The notes beneath the pieces were generated by a model. It saw only the letters and a program-made list of their open reading frames with translations, was not told the DNA's origin and made no database searches. Positions 56,231-64,000 of a stretch of DNA of 64,000 bases are shown here, one piece after another (positions within the stretch are counted from its first letter, which is position 1; every line of letters starts with the position of its first letter). This DNA comes from the human T2T-CHM13v2.0 reference genome, Homo sapiens, in the NCBI RefSeq assembly GCF_009914755.1, contig NC_060935.1; one strand, given 5' to 3'. The position numbers and the translations under genes were made by a program.

Positions 56231-56700
56231 GTTAATTCAGACCTTTTGGTTGCAAGTAATAGAAACCTAATCTAAACTAGTTTAAGGGCTGGGCATGGTG
56301 GGGCGTGCCTGTAGTCCAAGCTACTCAGGAGGCTGAGGCAGGAGGATCGCTTGAGCTGGGGAATTTGAGACTAGCCTAGGCAACACAGTGAGACTCCCAC
56401 TTCTAAAAATAAAGAAAATAGCTTAAGGAATCAATCGACAAACAAATGTATCAGATTACATTTATACACATATATTTACCTAACTGGAAATTCCAAAGCA
56501 TTCAGCATGATATGCTTTGGTCATCAGGACTGTTTTTCTCCATATGTTCTCTGTGTTAGTTTTATTTTCTACTATTCCTAAAAACCTATAGCAGTCTCAT
56601 CTGCAGGATGAGAAATTCCCCCAAAGGACTCTGATTCACCCTCATGAGAGCACACCTGGACCTGTCCCTGGCTTCTGGGGCTTGGAGGGGTCTGTTATTG
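56231..56700 (-). mobile_element. Old MLT1 (J/K-like) LTR interrupted by a FLAM
   Basis: ggttgcaagtaatagaaacctaatctaaactag...cctaactggaaattcca matches the antisense MLT1J-type end; right boundary approximate. Confidence 0.55.
56287..56415 (+). mobile_element. FLAM (free left Alu monomer, FLAM_A-like)
   Basis: ggctgggcatggtgg...cctgtagtccaagctactc...ggaggatcgcttgagc...A tail; degenerate TSD aaactagtttaag / aaaatagcttaag. Confidence 0.88.
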
Positions 56701-57491
56701 GGAGACTTGGGAAGGCAACTGGGCAGGAGAAAGCAGATATGTACTACACCTGAGAGTCCTCTCCTCAATGCGGTGCTTTGTTGATCTCCAGTTTAGGAAT
56801 CTCCACATCCTACCCCACAGACTCAGTTGCCCCCAAACTGAATGACACCTTGTTCCTTGCCCTCCCACAGATTACTGACTCTCCAGATTATCTCTGTAGA
56901 GCCAAGCCACTCGGTAAGTGGTAGATTTAGCAAGATATTGCTCTGAGAACACTAAGTACTTGATTTGTCTCTACTGACAAACTTGATCATTTCTTGTTTT
57001 CACCAAGGGGAAGCCATTTCTAAATATCTACTTCTAGAAATTAGCACAGTAGTGCAGGAAAGGTCTGATCAGGAAGGGACTCATGTTAACATTATCTCAC
57101 TGCTTCATTTCAAGAGCAAGAAAACCTCTGAAGCAATGACTGGGTAGGGGGATAAATGCAACATGCTATTCTGCCATGTATGATAATCATTGAGAACTTG
57201 TTTTGTCTTTCCCAGTCATTTGTAAACTTGTTGTAAGTTCAATTTTGTGCTCTGTTACGTGGTATTACATAGAAGGGGGTCAATAAATATGTGTCTACTG
57301 AAAAAAAAGATAATAGACAATCTCATGGGTTATTAAGCAAAACTCTTAACCTAAAAATTAAAATGACTTTGATATTCAAGCTTGGGAATTCATTCCCCTC
57401 TGTTTTCACTTACCTTCATTATGTGTATTGTCTCTCATGGATATCTGGTCTATTTGTATCCCACTCTGCTGTAGAGTCCTTTATGTCTTTT

Positions 57492-57858
<367 letters not shown>

Positions 57859-59694
57859 TGAATGAATGTATGACTTTGGCATCAAGATCATATGTCACAA
57901 GAAGATAAGCCAAGCAGAATCAAATCAGAGAGAATGCACAGAACCACAAAATATTCATGAAAGGCATGCTCTTGGGGGTTAAAATAACTTCCTCATTATA
58001 CAGATGCTAAATAAAAGCTCAGACAGTATTAGTTTCCTGTGCAGCATACTAAAACTAGTGGAAGATGAAAATCAAGACTTGAAGGCAGTTTCTCACTCTT
58101 TTGAAACCTACAGCTATAAGTTCTCTGTTTCAAGACCTTGTACAATGTTTCACAGGTTTATTGCTTTTCCGGCAGAAGACAACTCCAAAAATTCTAACGA
58201 ACAGTATTTTCTCTTCAAGCTAACTCATACTCAGAAAATGGATGCCTAAAATAAGGGGAATATTGCTCTCTAGAGAGAATTGGTAGAAGCTGCTCTGCAC
58301 ATAAACTGTCTAAGAAATGAATAAAGCAGACAGAAAAAGAAAGGAAAGACTTTCTGCACCTGCCTTTTTGTTCTGAATGTTCCCCAAACTACTTCCTGCC
58401 AATATCTTAGAGTGGGAGGGTAGATAGTAACATTGAAGTACCAGCACACTGTCTGGTAAATATGTGCATCTTCACTTCAAGCTTACTTTCTGTGCATTGT
58501 CCCTGTATTCCATCGTTCCTGTATTCCAAGTCCTGGGTTTTGTCCAAACTTTGTCCTCCGTTACAACTTCTTGAAGCCACTTATCACAGTAATTCTAAGA
58601 ATTCTAAAAGTTCTATGACAGCAGCCTATTTTCTTTTCGGCTAGAGAAATCAGAGCAAGGAAACATTTTTTTTTTTTTTTTGCTTAAACTTCCCTCACCA
58701 ATTTTCACTTCAATAAGAAAAGACACCCTTGGCAGATGTCCCCCTTATTGGTAATCTAAAAACTTCATTGCAGGCTGAAAAAAACACTTTGGAGAAATAA
58801 AAACGTGGCAGTGTTTGTTGTTTGTTGGGCAGGGTGGACCCTCCAGTAATTGATTTCTAGATGTGCTTGGTAAACGATTAGTCAGAAGAGAAGAGGTTTA
58901 GAAGGCAGCACCACAATAATCTCAGATATGAGATCTCAGCTGCTCTAGGTACCTGCTATTAGTTATCTTTGTGAATGGAGCTGTAAAGAGAAAAGGGAAC
59001 TCCTCAAGCAGCACTACCTATGGAGACATTGGGAACACTGTGGTTATAGTTGCATTACTAGTAAAGTATATTATCTCAAGCAGTCATGTTAAGTGTGTTA
59101 TCTGAAGAGATGAAGCATACAAATGGGTATAGAAATGTTAACCAGAGAACCTTGTGTTCTATGAGCTGAGTTTATCTATAAACATTTGTTTTGCATTAAT
59201 TCTCCTGCAGAGAGCTAAAAAGTAAACAAACTGGAATGTGTTTAGAAAGAATGTGTCTGTCCTTTCTAGTTTTCCCAAGTTCCCACCTCTTCTACTGTCT
59301 TACAACTAGCCTGCTGCTCTCATTTATGCTAACTGCCTAGTCCCTGGTTGAACTCAATCTGTTAGGAATTTGTGATCCCTATTTTAGGCAAATCAATAAA
59401 TGACAAAATTTAAAAGGGTAACACCAGAGATCAGAAGTAATCTGCAACCACAACTCTCCCAACCCTCCCTTCTTGACTTTTCATATCTATTTACTTTATT
59501 TATACCTCACTACTTCCACACACCCACATACACCTATTTCTCTAGGTAAAATTCACAATTTCAACCATTTGATTGTCACCCAACACTAAACCTAATTAAG
59601 CTCAGTGCTTTTGTTGTCTTTTATTTTTATGTATATCAATTTATGGGGTACACGTACAATTTTCCTACATGCATAGGTATCATAGGGGTCAAGT

Positions 59695-60387
59695 TGAAAC
59701 TGCCTTTGCAAAATTATGACGGAGACAGTGAAAGAGATCTAACTTAATCGACTTCGTCTGCCTTTAACCTCCAGGCTATCTTTGTTCATTCCTGGGAGTA
59801 GGCTGAACTAACTTTGGGAGAAATTTAGTTCACAGTTTACAGTTTAAAACAAAGACTGTAACAGCCCTTTCCCAAAGCAGACCTACTTCTTGCCTGGAGA
59901 CTAGATTGCCTCTATAGGACTAACATTCACCACAAGATTAGAAATTATGTTTTAGGAGTCATGCAGCTGGAGGCTATAAGATTTTGACCCTCCCTAAACT
60001 GTTCCTAAGATCAGTGCTTGAGATATTTTGCAGACCCTGCACTTGATGGATCAGCTGGCACCACCTAGATTGATAAACTGGCTCATCTGATCTTGGAGCT
60101 CCCAGACGCAGGAACTGACTCAGTGCAGGAAGACAGCTTCAACTCCCTATGATTTCATCCCTGACCAATCAGCACTCTTGGCTCACTGGCTTCCCCTCAC
60201 TCACCAAGTTGTTTTTAAAAATTGTGCTTCCAGGATGCTTGGGGTGACTGATTCGAGCAATAATAAAACTCCCGTCTTCTGCATAACTGACTCTTCCTGA
60301 ATTACTCTTTCTCTATTGCAATTCTTCTGTTGTGATGAATCTGCTCTGTCTAGGCAACAGGCAAGGTGAACCCCTTGGGCAGTTACA
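59695..60387 (+). mobile_element. LTR8-like ERV1 solo LTR
   Basis: Starts tgaaactgcctttgcaaaattatgac, ends gggcagttaca; 693 bp; aataaa near 60262; 4-bp TSD aagt/aaat. Confidence 0.9.
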
Positions 60388-60575
60388 AAATAAGATCTTT
60401 TAAGGTATCAATCATTCGAATAACGTACATTGTAATCATTAACTAATTTATTATTATCTACCCTCCTGTCACCTTCTCACCCTTCCAAGTCTCCATTGTC
60501 TATTATTCCACTCTCTACATCCACTGTACACATGTTTTAGGACCCACTTATGAGAACATGTAATAATTGACTTTC

Positions 60576-60837
60576 TCTTTTTTTGGTGTGGGGCTGGGCT
60601 CACTCTGTCGCCCAAACTGGAATGCAGTGTCTCGGTCTCAGCTCACTGCAACCTCCACCTCCCAGGTTCAAGCGATTCTTGTGCCTCAGCCTCCTGAGTA
60701 GCTGGAATTACAAGCGTGCACCACCACTCCTGGAGATGGCGTTTCACCAGGTTGGCCAGGCTGCTCTCGAACTCTTGGCCTCAAGTGATCCACCTGCCTT
60801 GGCCTGCCAAAGTCCTGGAATTACAGGCATGATACCA
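60576..60837 (-). mobile_element. AluS lacking the central A-rich linker
   Basis: Antisense dimer with caccactcctgg|agatggcgtttcacc junction; degenerate TSD ataattgactttct / ataactgagtttct. Confidence 0.9.
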
Positions 60838-63800
60838 GATAACTGAGTTTCTTTATCTGATTGGTTTCACATAAAATACTGACTTCCAGTTCCATCCATG
60901 TTGCTGGAAAAGACATAATTTCGTTCTTTTTTATGAGCAAATAGTATTTCATAGTGTGCATATACAACAGTTTCTTTATCAATTTAAGTGCTGATGAACA
61001 CTTAGGTTGATTCTATGTCTTTGCTATTGTGAATAGTGCCCCAACAATCATGAGCACCCTTATCTTTTTGATGTATTGATTTCTGTTCCTTGGGTAGATA
61101 CTCAGCAGTGGGATTGCTGGATCAAATGATAGTTCTAGTTCTAGTTCTTTGAAAACCTCCATACTATTCTCTGTAGAGGTTGTCCTAATTTACATTCCTA
61201 CCAAATGTATATAAGCATTCCCTTTTCTCTTCATTCTTGCCAAAATCTGGTTTTTTTTTTTTTTTGTCTCTTTAATAATTGTCATTCTGACTGAGTTAAG
61301 TTGTATCTCATTGTGATTTTAATTTGCATTTCTCTGATTATTAGTGATGTTGAACATTTTTTATATACCTGTTAGACACTTGTATGTCTTCTTTTGAAAA
61401 ATATCTGTTCACTTTCTTTGCCTACTTTCTAATGGGATTATTTGTTTTGTGTTTTGTGTTTATCATGAAGTTGTTTGACTTAAGTTTTATATTCTAGATG
61501 ACAATCTCCTGTCAGATACATTGTCCACAAATATTTTCTCCCATTCCACAGGTTGTCTGTTCACTCATTGATTATTTCTTTTGCTATGCAGAAGTCTTTT
61601 ATAATAATTAAGTTGCCCGTGTCTATTTTTATTTATGCTGCCTGTGCTTTTCAGGTCTTAGTTGTAAATTTACTGCCTAGACCATTGTCCAGAAGAGTTT
61701 TCCCTAGGTATTTTTCTAGCATTTTTACAGTTTCAGGTCTCATGTCTCAGACTTTATTCCATCCTGGGTTGATTTTTGTACATAGTATGAGGAGTCCAGT
61801 TTTATTTTTCTTATTTATCATCCATAGGCTATCAAATTTTCTCAGTACCATTCATTGAAAAGGCTGTCCTGTCCCCAAGTTCTGGTTGGCTGTGTCAAAG
61901 ATCAGTTGGCTATAAATAGGTGGCTTTAATTCTGGGTTCCCTATTCTGTTCTAATAATCTATGTGTCTATTTTTACACTATTACTATGGTATTTTGGTTA
62001 CTATAGCTCTGCAGTATAATATGAAGTCAAGTAATGTGATGTCTGTAGCTTTGTTTTTATTGATTAAGATGTTTTTGGGTTATTCAGGGTCTTTTTTGTT
62101 GCATATGAATTTTAGGATGATTTTTTTTCTAATTCTGTGAAAAATGATGTGGGGTATTTTTATAGAGATCATATTGAATCTGTGATTGTTTTGGTAGTAT
62201 GGCCATTTTAATGGTCCACAATTTTTGTTTGTTTTCTTTTTTAATGTGTCCTTGTTTGGTTTGGTATCGGGGTGATATGGCCTTACAGAGTGAGTGATGC
62301 AGAATACCCTCCTTCTTATTTTTTGGAACAGTTTCAGGTGGATTAGTATTAGTTCTTCTTTGCATGTTTGGTAGAATTTGGCTGTGAATCCATCTGGTCC
62401 TCGGCTTTTCTCTATTGGAGAATTTTTATTACTGATTCAATCTCACTGCTCATTATTGATCTGTTTAATTTTCTACTTCTTTCCCACACAAGCTTGAAAA
62501 GTTGTATTTTTCCAAGAATATATCCATTTTCTCTGGATTTTCAGTTTGTGAGCATGTAGTTTATAAAAACTTCGGATGAGCTTTTGTATTTCTGTGGCAT
62601 CAGTTTTCATGTCGCTTTTCTCATGTTTTAGTATGTTTATTTGGATCTTCTCTTTTCTTTATGTGGTTAGTCTAGTTAGCGGTTTATCAAGTCTGTTTAT
62701 TTTTTATGAAGAATCAGCTTTTCATTTCATTTAGTCTTTGATTTAGTTTTTTAATCTCTATTTTATTTAGTTCTGCTCTTACCATTGTTAATTCTTCCAT
62801 CTGCTATTTTTAGGTTTGGTTTATTTTTGCTTTCCTAATTCCTTAGGTGCATCATTATATTGCTAATTTGTAATTTTTCTACATTTTTATATAGGCATTT
62901 AATGCTATAAAAATCCCGCTTAGCACTTCTTTTGCTGTGTCCCACTGGATTTGGTATTTTTTTTTTCATTTTCATTCATTTTAAAAAACATTGATATATT
63001 TGTCTTAATTTTTGTGGCCCAATGATCATTCAGTAGCATGCTGTTTAAATTTCATTTGTTTAGATAGTTTCCAAAGCTTCTCTTGGTATTGATTTCAAGT
63101 TTTATTCCACTGTGGTCTAAGAATATGCTTCATATAGCTTCAATTTTTAAAATTTGTTGATATTTGTTTAGTGGCCTGGCATATGGTCTATCTTAGAGAA
63201 TGTTTCAAGTACTGATGAAAAGATTGTGTATTCTACAGTTGTCAGATATATCGTTCTATAAATGCTGGTTGCATCAATTTTTGATCTAAAGTCTATTTTA
63301 AGTCCAATTTTTTGTTGATTTTCTCTCTATGTGACATCTCTAATGGTCTGAATGGGCTATTAGAGTTCACTCTCCCCTATTATGGTATTTATGTCTATAT
63401 TTCCGTTTAGGTCTAATACCATTAGTTGTATAAATCTGGATGCTCCATTGTGGGTGCATATAAATTTAGCATTTATATATCCTCTTGCTGGACCAATCCC
63501 TTTATCATTATATAATGACATTTTTGTCTTTTTTAATTGTTTTTGACTTAAAGTCTGTTTTATCTAATATAAGTATACATGCTATTGCTTGCTTTTTTTT
63601 TTCCATTTTCATGAATACATTTTTCACACTTTGACTTTCTGTCTATATGTCTTTACTGGTAAAGTGAGTTTTTTATAGCAGTATATAGTTGGAGCATTTT
63701 TTATCCATTCAGCCAATCTAAATCTTTTAAGTGTAGCATATAATACACTTGCATTCAGGGTTAACATTAATATGCGAGCTTTTGTTATTGCCATATTGTT

Positions 63801-64000
63801 AATTTTTTTATTTGGTTTATATCTTCTTTGTTTTTTTCTTTTTTCAGTTTGTTATTGTGGTTTAGTGGAATTCTGTAGTGATGTCAAGTGATGTCATTTG
63901 ATTTCTTTCTCATTCTCCATTGTGTGATTTATTTATTAGTGAGTTTTATACTGTTCTGTGTTTTCACAGTTGTGAATGCCATTCTTTCATTTCCAAGTTT

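Larger units (their letters stand above)
59608..64000 (-). mobile_element. L1PB4-like LINE-1, antisense, continuing past the window end; nested LTR8 and Alu; internal deletion near 62215-62240
   Basis: Antisense 3'UTR tttatggggtacacgtacaatttt...cgaataacgtacattgta...cacccttccaagtctccattgtcta; colinear antisense ORF2 back to the endonuclease region. Confidence 0.9.

Overview
AT-rich primate DNA, most likely hominoid/human (AluY and an L1PA2/3-like copy are present). It looks intronic or intergenic and is dominated by interspersed repeats. I recognise no host protein-coding gene, RNA gene or CRISPR array; every long ORF in the track is an L1 ORF1/ORF2 remnant or repeat-derived noise. Main contents: a 3'-truncated L1MA1-3-like element (33-3250); a complete THE1D-type MaLR with both LTRs and TSD (6101-8368); a TSD-bounded old L1MA with a nested AluJ and an antisense L1PA7-like insert (12332-19486); a solo MST LTR; a long antisense L1MD-like element carrying three Alus and a MER44A; an L1PA6-like element (48795-55951); and an antisense L1PB4-like element with a solo LTR8 and an Alu, running off the window end. 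The most notable structure is the L1PA6-like element. Its 5'UTR lacks the internal intron exactly at splice junctions, i.e. it is a retrotransposed spliced L1 RNA (SpIRE). It also hosts a young 5'-inverted (twin-primed) L1PA2/3 insertion with a perfect TSD, and its own 3' end is folded back. Weaker leads are three candidate + strand exons, a p53/p63 + DR2 motif cluster, an E-box/PBX-MEIS cluster and several small perfect fold-back duplications. I found no evidence of a wholly new biological system. Subfamily names come from my recall of consensus sequences and need RepeatMasker/Dfam confirmation.
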